A stretch of DNA of 63,820 bases, filler included, from Octopus bimaculoides (lineage: Eukaryota): the NCBI RefSeq assembly GCF_001194135.2. It is 7 parts of 7 records of this genome, joined end to end, with 100 filler letters (N's around TTAATTAATTAA, not from the genome) between each part and the next. Parts side by side here need not be neighbours in the genome. Positions count along the whole stretch, not along the records: positions 19,505 to 45,212 come from NC_068988.1; 6 more parts are not named here. One strand, 5' to 3'. Within the stretch, counting starts at the first letter, position 1, and every line of letters starts with the position of its first letter. Of this stretch, positions 24,997 through 39,369 are shown piece by piece. A program made the position numbers and the translations under genes. The notes beneath the pieces were generated by a model. It worked only from the letters and a program-made list of their open reading frames with translations, made no database searches and was not told the origin of the DNA.

Positions 24997-26451
24997 GATA
25001 TAGACATGTTTATGTGTGTGTGTATGTATGATATGTATGTATAGGAACCGGGTGGGTTATATAAATGTATTAAAAACATGAGAAATATTCTGAAGGAAAA
25101 GCTAAATATATATTTTGTGCTATACAGTCGTGACAGAAATGTTAGTTTCAGGAATAGGCAATTGTTATCTAAGTGGTGTGTGTATGGTAAATATCTCTAT
25201 AAAAAAATATAACACGGCTAAAACATACACATTATTAACCTCCACATGAACACAGATACACTCTGGCATCACACATATATGCACGCATAGAGATATACGC
25301 AAACAGGTATAGTGACTGACATAAACCTAAGCGTGCATAGAAGTGGTTACTTAGAGTTACATTTCAATGTTTATACAGTTCTGATAGTTTCCAAAATCTC
25401 ACTCACATATAGAAGTAAATATACAGACGGACGCATAACTACGCGGAGAACAGTACTCAACTACACATACATACATACATGCATACAAAATTACATACAT
25501 TCATACATACATACATATATATGCGTACATACGTACATGTAGACATTTAATGTGTATATGTAAGTAGTAGTGAGTTTCTAAGTGTTATTATGTGCAGGCT
25601 AATTCTACGACGGTAGTAAATGTGAACGCACGAATTTGGGAATAAATAGTTGTTTTCAGCTTAATGCATTCTGCTGCGAAGAGTTTCATTTTTCTGACAT
25701 GAGACATTTGTCAGACAGAGTTACCTGATGGAGAGGTTAATACATTCGGTCGGTGCTTATCAGAGTGGTTTGATGTAATGTTGACTATCGGCATGTCTTG
25801 TGTATCTTCACGGTGGTCTTCTGTACACGGTTTTGAGAAGATTTATCTTTAGTCTGGTTCGATAGCTTATTTGAATTTGCAAAGAATGAATCTAATCTTT
25901 TATGGCTTTGTTCTATTTCTTTGCTTCATTGTGTTTGTTCCTTTGGAATTGTCCATCACATTTGGGGTGCATAAATTTGATTCACGAGTTGTATATGTTG
26001 CTAAAATGATGTTTATATTAAAATGTTGGTACTTCATGTACCATATGCAACCTAATAATGATACGGCGTTTCTTTTGTATATAGGTTTATAGATGAACTT
26101 CAGTTCGATGTAAGTACTCACGAAGCTTCTCTGTTACTCTAGAGATTATAATGTTGAAGTGCGGTAGATTTGTATGTCTTCTGCAAATATCACAAAAGTC
26201 GTCCGATTTCTATTTATCCACTTCTACATAAATTGTCATTTATATTGAAAAGAACAGTTATCTCTCTTTCTACACATGCAGACAGGATTATTCGGATAAC
26301 AAAATATATAGTAGGTTTCCAGGTACTTACCGATATTATGTTTGCCTGCCTACTACCTGCAATAATAACGTCCATACAATATATGCAAATGAGGCTGACT
26401 TCTGTGTTTATGATTTAAATATCTAGCAATATTTTTATCATGTACGAACAT

Positions 26452-26820
26452 AGGCGCAGGAGTGGTTGTGTGGTAAGTAGCTTGCTTACCAATCTCATGA
26501 TTCCGGGTTCAGTCCCACTGCGTGGCATCTTTGGGCAAGTGTCTTCTACTATAGCCTCGGGCCGTCCAAAGCCTTGTGAGTGGATTTGGTAGACGGAAAC
26601 TGAAAGAAGCCCGTCGTATATATGTATATATATGTGTGTGTTTGTGTGTCTGCTTGACAACCGATGCTGGTGTGTTTACGGCCCCGTCACTTAGCGGTTC
26701 GGCAAAAGAGACCGATAGAATGAGTACTAGGCTTACAAAGAATACGTCCCGTGGTCGATTTGCTCGACTAAAGGCGGTGCTCCAGCATGACTGAAGTCAA
26801 ATAACTAAAACAAGTAAATA
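26452..26820 (+). mobile_element. tRNA-derived composite SINE (family A head + (TA/TG)n + module B); most complete copy
   Basis: Head GGCGCAGGAGTGG.TGTGTGGTAAG..GGGTTCAGTCCC, core TTGGGCAAGTGTCTTCTACTATAGCC, module ending GCTCCAGCATG..AAACAAGTAAA. Related pieces at about 4770-4965, 6421-6530, 7385-7535, 8612-8775, 10245-10455, 11735-12115, 14877-15260, 36615-36900, 46660-46770, 50180-50530, 57610-57685, 61905-61957 and 62630-62985. Confidence 0.85.
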
Positions 26821-27105
26821 TTTCTGAGGTAAATATGCAGAATCCTTACAAAGAATCAATTTGACTTTTAGGTTAAAATGGGAGTTGAAAAAGTGAGCAT
26901 AATGGTTATATTATCCCGATTTTGGTTTTCTTTAGTAGAGAGTTGTTCAGGTTTGAGGTAAAACATATTTTCCCTCAATAGTATTTTCCTTCTAAAATCA
27001 TTTGTTTTGTTCCATTGTTGTAGACATTTCTGACCGTATAGAATGCTCATTTCTCTTGGGAAATGCCTAACATCTTTCAACTAAACTTGCATCCATGGCT
27101 CTGAA

Positions 27106-27640
27106 CAGAGGCCTACACAAAGTTGCAGAAAGTGTATGGAGAGGTGTGTATGAGACGCACACAAGTATACGAGTGGTTCAGATGTTTCGAAGATGACCAA
27201 AAATATGTCGATATTGACGAACGTTCTGGGTGACCACCAACCAACAGAACTGAGAAAACATAGCAGATGTCAGTGCAGTTGTGAAGGGAAATCGTCGAAT
27301 CACCATTCGTGAGTTATCAAAGGATGTGCAGATTAGTTACGGTACAGTTCGGTCCATTGTCATCGAAAATTTGGGTATGAGACGCGTGTCTGCGAAGCTT
27401 GTGCCGAAACTTCTTTCAGCTGACCAAGGAGACACTCGGGTTTCAGTTGCACAAGATCTCCTTGATTGTGTCGAGAACGAGGAAAACTTTTCGAAAACTT
27501 CGCGTAGGCCTCTGAGCAGGTGTCGCCAAGTATTTGGCAAAAATTAATGCAGATTCTCTGGTCAGCTTTAAATATCAGAACGCATGCACAGCAGAGTTCA
27601 AGTCGATCTGTGCCAAGCGGCTTCACTCTGCGAGCTTTAG
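27106..27640. mobile_element. Mariner transposase N-terminal fossil with an internal inversion
   Basis: Plus strand: EAYTKLQKVYG..TQVYEWF..ERSG..NRRITIRELS..LGMRRVSAKLVPKLLS. Minus strand 27496-27640: KADQRICINFCQILGDTCSEAYAK. Confidence 0.85.
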
Positions 27641-29119
27641 CTTCGTTACTATAGCAACAGTACGGATAGTTATTGATCAGACCACGTATATGAAATATAT
27701 AGAAACGTCTATTTGTGTGTGAGCATCTATGCATGTGTATGTGCTTCTGTAGTAGTATAAATGCCTTACAATATTTCTATTAGATTACTGTGATGCTTCT
27801 AATGTGATCGCATGATGTTTGTATTAAATTACTCATATTATATTCTAGCGTATTAGGGACATTTTCCATCCTTAGCCTTGTCTTTGTATTTGCAATCACT
27901 TTGTCTGTATATTTGTGTGTGCATGTGTGTGTACCTGCGTGTGTGTGTGTGTGTTCAGTTACATGAACGACTTACGTACACCTGACGGAATTTTTTTATG
28001 AATACAAACTTGAGTGAACCATATTGTTATGGTTTTAAAGAAAATGGAATTCGGTCTATTGAAGATTGTTTATATCAACGTCTAAAACTATATATAATTA
28101 TACTATATTTTTCTTTTCATTCCTTCTTCTTTGCTGCTTTTATCTTTCTCTCATCCTATCATTCTTATCATTTTGATTTGAATTGAAAACAACTACTTGG
28201 ATAATCAATTATTTTGCTATCTTCAGTGACATTTTACTGAAGGCATAGAAAACTGAAACAAGCTGGTTATTGATATGGAACTAACAGAAAAGATTTAATA
28301 TTACATAGATAAAAAAAAAATTATGACATCTTGATTTACAATGATACATTTTAGAAAGAATGCTTTCCTCTAAGAAGTCCAGTTGTAGAATAAATAAATA
28401 ACATAACACAAGAAATATAATATTAAGTCTTCTCGAAAAAATTCAACCAAGTTTTCAATTAAAGCAATTTCCCTTACTTACAGCACTAATATACCATCTT
28501 TATAACGCTGCAGTAATAGAAATTTTCTTAACAGCCAAATGGTTGTATATTCGATCCAAAGTGACACTGCCGTGAGCAAGTATATTCTGCCGTATGTTCC
28601 ATTAGAACTATGAGTGAACAAACGCCGTAAGGCTGTGGCCGAGCATGGCTATAGATCTCTACGCACCTATATCAATATATACACGCTACATATATGCATA
28701 TATATATATATTCTCAACCAAAACGGTCGCGGGCACCATTTTCCCCTGTTTACGCATGAACAATTGTAAATATCTCATCCTACATAAAACTATTGGTAGT
28801 CTATTTTATCCACAAATAAAGAATATTTATCCACCAATACGGTGTTTCACACTCATTCACTCATTCTCACTGTTTGATAGTAGCGCGTGCGTGCGTGCGC
28901 GTGCGTGCGTGCGTGCGCGTGTGTTAATACATTAGTGCGTGTTTTATGTCAGGATTTTCACACAAATATATTTAACATTGAACTAAAGAATTCCTCAATA
29001 CTTATTTAAGGGGAGTACATTTTTATTGGTGGAATAACCCACATGAGATGCATCGAAATGTTTATTTAGAAATTACACTGCTACCCTCTGTCAGACAGTC
29101 TCTCTGTATTCCTTTCATT

Positions 29120-29168
<49 letters not shown>

Positions 29169-29879
29169 ACACACACACACATATATATATATACTCGTAT
29201 TGACAAACACACACACACACGCACACACGCACACGCACACACACACGCACACACACACGCACACACACACGCACATACACTCACATTTATATATGCATAC
29301 ATATATGTGTGTGTGTGTGCCAGTGTTATTATATGTTCGTGTGTGTATGTGTGTGTGTGTGTGGAGAGAGAAAGAGAAAGGGAGATATTACCACATCAAG
29401 GGGTATAACAGGATATATAATAGAAAATGGAGAAGTAAATAATAAATAAAATAGATAAATAAATAAATAAATACAAGCCCCTATAGCAGGTTAGTAGTTG
29501 TAGTGATAGTAGTAGTAGTAGTGTCCTTGTTTGTCCCCTTGTGCAATAAAGAAATAAGAAACATTAGCGCGCCGGGCGAAAAGCTTAGCGGTATTTCGAC
29601 TGCCTTTATGTTCTGAATTCAAATTCCACCGAGGTCGACTTTGCCTTTTATCGCTTGGGGGTCGATAAATTAAGTACCAGTTGCGTACTGGAGTCGATCT
29701 AATCGACTGGCCTCCTCCCCAAAGTATTCGGGCCTTGTGTTTAGAACAGAAAAGGATATACAAGTTGCGCAGTGTACAAATAAGGCCGTTTAACTTATAT
29801 TTTCAAAATAAATTTTCTTTAATAGCTCATCCATCTTACTAGCAACTTTACTTAGATGACATGCATTGCTCTCTCACTC

Positions 29880-29930
<51 letters not shown>

Positions 29931-29955
29931 NNNNNNNNNNAAGAAGAAGAAGAAG

Positions 29956-29987
<32 letters not shown>

Positions 29988-30063
29988 GAAGAAGAAGAAG
30001 AAGAAGAAGAAGAAGAAGAAGAAGAAGAAGAATGATAATGATGATGATAATAATAATAATATA

Positions 30064-30095
<32 letters not shown>

Positions 30096-30278
30096 TAATA
30101 ATAATGACAACAACAATAATAACAATGTGAATAATAAATCAATATTATTATTATTGTTATTTTTATTATTATCATTATGATTGTCATTCTTCTTCTACTT
30201 CTTCTTCATCTTCTTCTTCTTCTTCTTCTTCTTCTTCTTCTTCTTCTTCTTCTTCTTCTTCTTCTTCTTCTTCTTCTT

Positions 30279-30341
<63 letters not shown>
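29880..30341. repeat. Compound (AAT)(AAG)(AAT)-(ATT)(CTT)(ATT) microsatellite
   Basis: Direct reading. Confidence 0.9.
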
Positions 30342-31737
30342 GTGTTGTTTTTATTTTTCATTCGTGTATGTAGGTGCGAATCTAGTTTTGATTTTACGCT
30401 TAATTAATAGGCTTGTGATAATATTTTACGTATAATTTATTTCCCTTGATGTAAAATTAATGAATTTGTATAAATCATTTCCTATCTGAGTTTTCAGGTA
30501 AACTACGTGTAGAATACGAAGGATATTAAAACAGTGGCATGCAACGTAAATATGAGAAGAGTTGCCACTTATAATTGTATAAGTGTAACCAATGAATACA
30601 AATTAATAGTGGTATTAATCTACTAATAATTTGAATAGTTGTAGGAAGAGGTGAAGGATGATTACGATTTTGAATGATATTTTTAATAATTATTCATGAG
30701 GTGTAGCAACGGCTGCTGCAAATGTTAGTATCTCGGCTGGTTTAACAGCAGTGCCAACAACAACAACAACTATTACTACTACTAATAGTACTACTACAAC
30801 TACTAGTTGTAATATTAGTGATTCCACATTTTGGCCTAACGAGTTCTGGGTAGGAGTATAGTCGATAAGATCTACACGAGCTCAGATAGTACTCATTTTT
30901 TATAGACCGCGAGATTATGAAAAGCAAACACGAATTTGAAATTAGAAAGTAAAGCCTGACAAAATGCCAGCCTTAGTTTTAGTAATAATAATACTTCTTT
31001 CTACTAAAGGCATAAATCCGGAAATTTTGGGGGTGGGTGTAAGTCGATTACAATGATTCCAGTGTTTCACTAGAACATAATTTATCGGCTCCGGAATGAT
31101 GGAAGGCAAAGTTGACCTCGTTGGAAGCTGAACTCAGGACATAAAGACGGACAAATTGCCCCAAATGCCTGGCGTGCTAACGTTTCTGCCAGCTCGTTTC
31201 GCTCTCGTGGCTTGTGATCTTAACTAATTGGAAATATCATGTACATGCTTTTTGTCTTGGTATAAAAAATAGCCTACAGTAAATATATTGCTCAACAACA
31301 CAGATTTGCTTGTCAGTTGCTTGACCATAACCAGCTGAGCATGTCCCTTAGAGGCTGACGATATGTGTACCTCTGATCACAAGCAGAAGTAGTGGGGGAG
31401 AATCATAGCCATATGTTGGGAAGAATTCTTTGGGGCTTGAATATTTCACGGCTGGAAATATGGATATTTTATTCAACATCCTTAAACAGCACTTATTCAA
31501 GGACCTTTTGAGCAGAATGGGCTACTTGACATGAAGAAAATTGGGCCCCGCCTGCAGGTTCATGTACTGTTTATTTTAATATGAGATCACCATGTCACGC
31601 ACATATGGCTGTGATGCATGTGCTTGGGTTACACCTATCAGATGGGTAGTCATGATGGGTATACTGGGCTTCGTATATTTTACCTCAGTGTCACTTTGAT
31701 AGTATGTACTGTTCACTGACTCAATAATATTGGCGGT

Positions 31738-32519
31738 TCAAGATCAAAGATTGCTTGCTAAAAACTACCAGGCTACCGTCCTTCAAAACAGTTCTGACCC
31801 TAAATGCATATACTACGGTACATGTAACAAGTAATAGATCATCTTGTCTCAGGATTTCCTGTGCTGACACCAAACGAATAGAAAAATCGCCACGATAGAT
31901 TAGGACAGTATTTACATTGGAAAATATGTAAACGCTACAAAATTAGCACTCTTTCTTACTAGTATGAACATTATCCGGAGCCAGTCATCGAAGGTAAAAA
32001 TGTCACTATCCTCTGAAATTTTCCAGTCAACACCGAAAGAACGATCCAGCCTAATCGAACAGACATAATCATTGAAGACAGAGAAGAAAATACTTGTAGA
32101 CGAATATATGTAAGTTTCCCCACTGAATAAAATATATCAGTAAAGGAATTTGGCAAATTAAGTAAATATAAGGACCTGGAAATTGAAATACAAATGGCGT
32201 GACATCTTAAAGCGAGAACTGTTCCTGCTATTGCGGGTACTCTTCGTGTGATAAGAAAGTGGTGTCAGAAACATCTAGACAATATCCCAGGAGAACCATG
32301 TCTCAGAGAAATCCAAAAGATTTTAATGACAAGTACTGCCCACATCTTTAGAAAAACCCTATCATTTTAAATGTATGTGTTGTATTATATAAAGATACTG
32401 TTCCTGCCAATTCCCCTCCCCAAACTGTCAGTCATTCTGTAACGTTTCCTATCCTCCACTCGCCCTAGGACGCTGGGTGTATCTCGGCGAGTGTTTGTAA
32501 CAAACACGCAGATTAAGTG

Positions 32520-32521
<2 letters not shown>
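31738..32521 (+). mobile_element. R4/Dong-clade non-LTR retrotransposon 3' fragment (zinc knuckle + restriction-like endonuclease), decayed
   Basis: Translated QDQRLL.KNY..DPKC..IDHLVSG..RHDRLGQYLHWKICK..NRTDIII..KEFGKLSKYKDLEIE..TAHIFRKTL, with stops; followed directly by (AAT)n at 32522-32569. Confidence 0.85.
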
Positions 32522-32570
<49 letters not shown>

Positions 32571-32660
32571 TTGGTTAGCTGTAGCAATTGCACTTGATTG
32601 ATAGATGATGATGATGATGATGATGAAGTTGATGATGATGAAGATGATGATGATGATGAC

Positions 32661-32694
<34 letters not shown>

Positions 32695-34654
32695 TTGATG
32701 ATGATGATGATGATGGTGATGGTGATGGCGATGGTGATGATATTTTTTTACGAATAAAAGTAACTGTATTATTGTTACTGTTTCTATTACATATTTTTTA
32801 AGTTTATGTTATTACCATTATTGAAATTATAAAATCTGTGGGTCTTATTTTTTTTATATATATGTTATTGATTTATCTTGCGTGCTGTTACTGAAGCAGC
32901 TGTTGTTTTTGTTGAAGTATTTGTTATAGATTTTAGATAGATTTAGGAAGATGCTTGTCTTCATTCCTCTTCTTATTTGTGAATCTATGTTCCATTGTTG
33001 TTACTGACTACGTTATAGATGTACATAGATATAGACTCTTGCTTTCAAATTCCTGCTTTTTTCTTTCTTTTTATTTATTTCTAATCTAATGTATAGCCAT
33101 ATATTTTATCTTATTTCAAGTAGTTTCTAGGATAAATAGAAATGTCAGGCATTTTCTTTCGAAAATCCTCTACATATCATAATATTCCAGCATCAATCTT
33201 ACACTTGTGGATATCCGCCAAGTGAAATTGCAATTTTCATATCTTCTCTGATAATATAAAGCTAGGTTTTATAATGAATATCGATAAATATTGTGACATA
33301 TCCACAACGTTATTCTTCTATTACTCCCAGAGATGAAAGAAAACGAATTATAGTTTCCGCAATGTGGTTGTTTCAGTATTGAAGCTAGTGGCAACAGTAA
33401 TAGCGATATAACATGAAATGGTTCTGTGTAGATAGGTGACCCTGCTTGAGATCATCGTAACTTACCAGAAGACATCATAACATCGATACACATCAGGCTA
33501 ATAATAAATATGATGCTTCATAATATTCGCAGATCGGAAGATCTGTAAACGTAAACAAAATCTAAAGATTAAGTAAGTATTTGCGAGAATTTCTAGGTAA
33601 ATATAGTCACTAAAGACAATCAGCAGCACAACTATAATACAGTTTCACAAACCAACAATGAACCTCTTACCTGATCGAAATAACAGATAATTCTATCTTA
33701 AATGATGCGTACTATCTTAAGAAGAGGATAAAGTACTACGCACACAGTATATTGTTAGATTGTTACATAGCCCCTAAAAGATGGAATGATCATAGTTTTA
33801 ACGTTCCTGATTAAAGATTTGCTCGTTCGAGATTTTCCTACGTTGAAATAGCAAATCTGAAACAGACAAATGTATTCTCTTCCGTAATGCATTCATTTAA
33901 ACAAATCCTTAGAGACTACAGACGACACTGACTGTATTTCCTGATTAATATACCATATATATTGAGCTCATCCAGCAGCTTCTAAATACGAGAATCCACC
34001 TTCCGACACTGCATAAAATCATGGCTTTTTGAAGAAATTATTTCTACTCTACCACTAATTCTCTCTTCATGATCTACTCGTTATTGGTACTTATTTAGAA
34101 GTGTTAATTTACCCATTCAATATCTAGATTCCTTTTAAGTGTAAACAAGCCGTAGAACAAATCCTAACTTCTATAATTACTTTTATTTTTTATAGATATT
34201 TTAATACCTAAGACAACATATCCCTTTTCGTTGAAAATTATTGAAAGGAAATGCTTCACGAAGACCTATATACAAGTTTTCAATAGGTGTGTTAACGATA
34301 AGGAATTATGCCGACGTAACTGTTTTAATTAACAAGCAGATTAGACGCCTATAACGAAGAGTTAGATAAAAAAAATCTTGAATTGAAATAGGATTCTGTA
34401 AAACATTTCTTCATTTGAAATACATAAAATGTGATAGAAAACAATTTTGTATAAAGCATCAAACATGTTTATAATGCATACTGCACCATTTATATAAACG
34501 TATAGTTGACTATGTTTTAGACGCAGCTTTTTCTCTGAACTAATTCAAGTGTGTGTAATGGATGACAATAAGGCTTGTACGTACCTTTACGAGGTGAATT
34601 AAACTTCATTTACGTTCGAAACTGTTGTAGTTGCTGTTAGTATCATAGTTATTT

Positions 34655-34975
34655 TTATTGGGTCATCCCATAAATAATACTGTTTTTATACTTCTTTTAT
34701 TTTCCAAACTTAAGATAAAGTTCTTTTTTAATCTAAAATACACTCTCCTTCCTTTTTTACTATACTTTCCATTTATCTGGTAGGCTTGCAAGGCCCCTCT
34801 TCCAGAATTCACTTGTCCGTGACGAAAAATTCTTCTCCAGTACTGTTCTGATATCGACTACAGAATTCCTATTTTTACCCAAATGATTTTGAAGACTGCG
34901 AAATAAATGATGATTAGATGGGATAATGTCCGGCGAATATGGTGGCTGGTGCATCGTTTCCCATTCAAACTGCTC
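34655..34975 (-). mobile_element. Mariner transposase C-terminal fossil
   Basis: HQPPYSPDIIPSNHHLFRSLQNHL..FWKRGLASLPDKWKV matches HPPYSPDLAPSD.HLF.SL; TIR-like attgggtcatcccataaata nearby. Confidence 0.8.
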
Positions 34976-37230
34976 CTAACCATAACACTAACCCCAACCC
35001 CAATAGAAGAACACCGTACGTCTTGAAACCAAAGATGGACGTTTTTCTTCTAGTGGTGACTTAAGGCGTTCAAGCTGTTACCGCTTGGTTTGGGTTTAAA
35101 AGTTCAAAGTGGTCTAAACATTTCATATCCCACCAAACAGATAACGACACTTTACGTGGGTGAAGTCCTTCTTAAGAATGGGGTGCTCGTGTTTTTTCGA
35201 GTCTTCTTTCTGTAAAGTGTATAACAACTCATAAAGTTTTTTACGACTGGTTATATTCTGGTACATGAGAAATATCTTTCAACTACCTTTACATAGAAAT
35301 TATTAGTTAGGGAAAAAGTACGTGAGTTAGAGAACAAGTACTTCACTAGTGTTTTATAATAATACCTGGTTGCTTTGCTTTTATCTACATATATTACCAT
35401 ATCCACAATAATAAGAACATTTTTCAATTTCTACTACAATTACTCTCTAGGACATATATTCGTGACTCTATATTGTCTTTCTTTGAAATTCAAGTTGTTG
35501 TGGGTTTGTACGTATTTAGGTGTACTTGGTGTCTTGGTGTTTTGTGGTTTTGGTATATATTGCTCCACACATTGATACAGCCTCTCTTCCACAGAAATTA
35601 TAATTCTGGTACGAATATTACTAGTTTAAGGGTTCTAGTTTGTGGATGTCTTGTTGAATATACCATTTATTTCCCGCTGAAGGCTTTAAATTTTGCACAT
35701 CATCTAGTAGAGCGAGGTATCAAACATAATAACTCTTCTGATAGACATTGTTGCACCTAGCGTCGGAATATAGTTATTAGTCTGTGACCGCTGACTACTA
35801 CAAGTTTTCCGACAATCCGACATTCTCCTGCTGAAGTTTTTCTCCAGGGTATACAAGTTGCAGTATTTAGTTGACAGACACTGGAACAAGACCTCATGCA
35901 CAGTTATCAAGCCATCAGTGTCTTTTCCCAGGCGTGATATTTGGAGCTAGGTGTGTCTCTCTCTTTTTTTTTCTTATCACAATCGGATTTCTTTAATCGC
36001 TTTGGGAATTCTCAGTAAAGCGGCTTAAGTTCCCATACTCTTTTCATTGTTCATTCTCTTCTTTCTTTAATTCCATATTGTTGTTGCTTTTTAAAAAAAA
36101 ATTTTCTCTCCTCACGCAGTAAGTATATTCATGTTTAATGCTGAGTGTGTTCGTGGATGGAGGAAATCTGTTAAATAATCTGGATTTTTTAAACATATGC
36201 TAGGTGCTAAGTCTCTTTATCGGGTTTAGGAAAAGTACCAGAGCGCCGGACTAAACGCTGTTTGGTAATTTTCCGACTCTTTCCATCCCGATTTCCAATC
36301 TCTTTGATATCAGCTTTGCTTTTCCTCCGTGTAGGTGGACATCGGTGCAGACCATTGTTCATGTTATTGGATTTTTAACCGAAGCGACTGTTCCGTTCAC
36401 CTAAAGTTTTCTACCCTTTTGACACTACAAATAATAATAAAAAGAACCAGTTATATATTGGGGTTGATGTAATTGACTATCTCCCTCCGCCATAAAAAAA
36501 TTCAGGTTTTGTGTCTGATCAGATATGATTAATGCAAGTTGATGATATTTACGGTTACCAGTTACTGACACGGGAATTAGTGTAAATATATATATGAGTA
36601 ATATTCGTAAGTCTGGCGGTGCTCCAGCATGACCTCAGCCTTTGGGTTGAAACATATAAAAGAATAAAAGAATAAAACCTATCAGAATATGTTTAGTGGG
36701 CATCTAAATCTAAGTGTTTGCCCCAAAAAACAATAAAAATCATAAATTTTGTTAAACATAGGCGCAGGAGTGGCTGTGTATTAAGACGCTTGCTTTCCAA
36801 CTACACGGCACCTTGCGCAAGTGTCTTCTACTATAGCCTCAGGCCGACAAAAACTTCCGGGTGAATTTGGTAGACGGAAACTGAAATCCCGCCATATACG
36901 TATGGCGAGAGGGTGAAAGATAAAGTCGATCTCGACAAAATACTGCTAAGCACTTTATCCAACCTGGCTGTGCGTATGTGTGTGTGTGTGTGTGCATTAA
37001 GTACTTTTATTCTTTGTAAACACAAACTTTAATTAATCCATCTTGTTACTGTCATCTGGTTGTTCTCATTTTTCTTTCTTCTCCGCTATATATTCATCTC
37101 ATTGTATTTTCAAGCCCTTACCATCAGAAACTTTAGTTACTGAAGCTGAAATAATTCTTTAAGAATTAGTACGCTGTTGGTACTCGTAATGTAGCAGCAA
37201 CATCAGCAGCACAGCAGCAGCAACTGAATA

Positions 37231-37297
<67 letters not shown>

Positions 37298-37841
37298 TAT
37301 GGTTGCTTTTCTTTGACATTTTATTTTATTGCTTGTCCTTGTTGCAGTTGTTAGCCTTCTCTCTGCATTTTCCTTTCCTCCACATAACAGTGGTGTTTGC
37401 TCTGTTGTTATTTTTCTTCTTTTGTAATTTTCGTTTCGTTTTCTTATACTTAATTTTTTTTTTGTTTTAAATTTGTATTTCTATTGGATTGTTGGATATT
37501 GTAAAGTGATGTTGACGTTGCTGATAATGCTGTTGTCGCCATTGTAGCTTGTGTTGTTTTTGTTGTTGCCTTTGTTTCTCCTACTGAATGCAGTTGCTAT
37601 TGTTTCTGTGGTACTCCTTCAGTATTATTGTTTTATTTTTTTATTTTGTTCTAAATGTTTGTTTACGACAAAACTTCCATATCACTCCATTTATTGTAAT
37701 TTAAGTCGTAATGAATATCTTAAACTTCTATTTGTATTTTCCTTCTTCTTCTTCTTCTTCTTCTTCTTCTTCTTCTTCTTCTTCTTCTTCTTCTTCTTCT
37801 TCTTCTTCTTCTTCTTCTTCTTCTTCTTCTTCTTCTTCTTC

Positions 37842-37912
<71 letters not shown>

Positions 37913-38717
37913 TAATGCTTTGATTTATAAAATAATTGATTTGTAATGTTGTTCGTGTGCTTTCGGGATTTATTTTGCAATTTTTGTATTATGTTTCATT
38001 CGAATTTTGCTTTACTTTCTTTCTTTCTTTCCAGAGGTGCATGTTTTTTTAATCTTATTTCTCTTTTTTTTTAATTTATATTTATTTAATTCTTTTTGTT
38101 ACTGTTAGTTTTACTACGTTTGCTTTGATAGATAGAATAATTTCAGATTGAAGGCAAAACAGAAACAGTAAAAAGAAGAAATTAAGCTAGTATTACAAAA
38201 GCAAGAATAGAAAAAGGGAAGAAATGAAAAAAACGTTAAATAAGGAGCTACATAAAAATACAAAAAAACAAAACGGGGAAGTATAACAATGAAAACGGAA
38301 AATATTAATAATAAACAAAAGAATGAAATAACAATTTTACTAGCAATATAGAAACATTTTAAAAGTTCAGTCAGAATTCTTTTCAAGAATGGTTTGAATT
38401 CGTGAAAGGGGATAATCAAATTTCTGGAAATTCATTGAATTCATGCAGGCATTTAAAACTGTTGTCCTACTTGAACCTTGCAAACAAAAATGTCAAGCGA
38501 TTCTTTTATAAATTTACCAGCTCTTCTAACAAGCAACACTATTCCCAGAAATTCTACTGGAGCCATTATAGAATAGGCAGAATTCCGAAAAAATCAAAGT
38601 TACAAAGTAAAACAAGATTGATAAAACTATTCTTGAATTACAGTTGGCATAATAAAAACAAAGCTGAATTTGGATTTATACATATTTGCATGCGTGTACA
38701 AAGCCACACATAAATAC

Positions 38718-38773
<56 letters not shown>

Positions 38774-39369
38774 TAGGTAGATAGAAAGATAAAAGTTGCA
38801 AAAGCACTAAAGTCTCGGCCTTTGAGTTACTCTGTAACATCTGTCGATTAATAAAAATAAATATACACGCACGCACACAAACACAGACACACATAATATA
38901 TATATATATGTTTATATGTATGTATGTATATATGTATAAAAGACTAAAGAATATATTAGAATCACAATAGCAAATGTATTATACAATATTTTACAAAATA
39001 AGATTTTTCTTCTAACGTAATAACCGGCTTCGTTATCGCTTTTCAAATTATGAGTCTTGGATGAATTCATGAATTAGATGCTTTGGTAACCAACGTGTTT
39101 TACAGTAAAAGCGAGGTAAATCTGTAATTTTTCATATTGGTCTACATTTGATTCTTACAATAGATGGGGTGGATTTTTTAAATTTTCAATATGGTTTTAT
39201 AATTAAATTCCGGCTCATATTTTTCGATAAATGAGGCATCTTTATTTAGTTGTACTTGTGTTGAAATCCCAGTGGCACATTGATATAATGGGAAGATTAG
39301 AAATTGTCGTCACAGTTGTCCTCCATATTTGTTAATGTGTTCACTGAGATATATCTGGCAATATTATAG

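Noticed and set aside
26452-26530. SINE heads as tRNA genes
   Set aside because: They have A/B boxes but no complete cloverleaf and run into SINE bodies present in many diverged copies.
31205-31720. Possible HDV-like ribozyme in an unclassified repeat (minus strand, CTAAGGGAC resembles the HDV 3' end)
   Set aside because: I could not build consistent P1, P3 and P1.1 pairings, and only one copy is present here.
36238-36363. Minus-strand ATG-to-donor unit MNNGLHRCPPTRRKSKADIKEIG...
   Set aside because: No compatible downstream exon found; could be chance.
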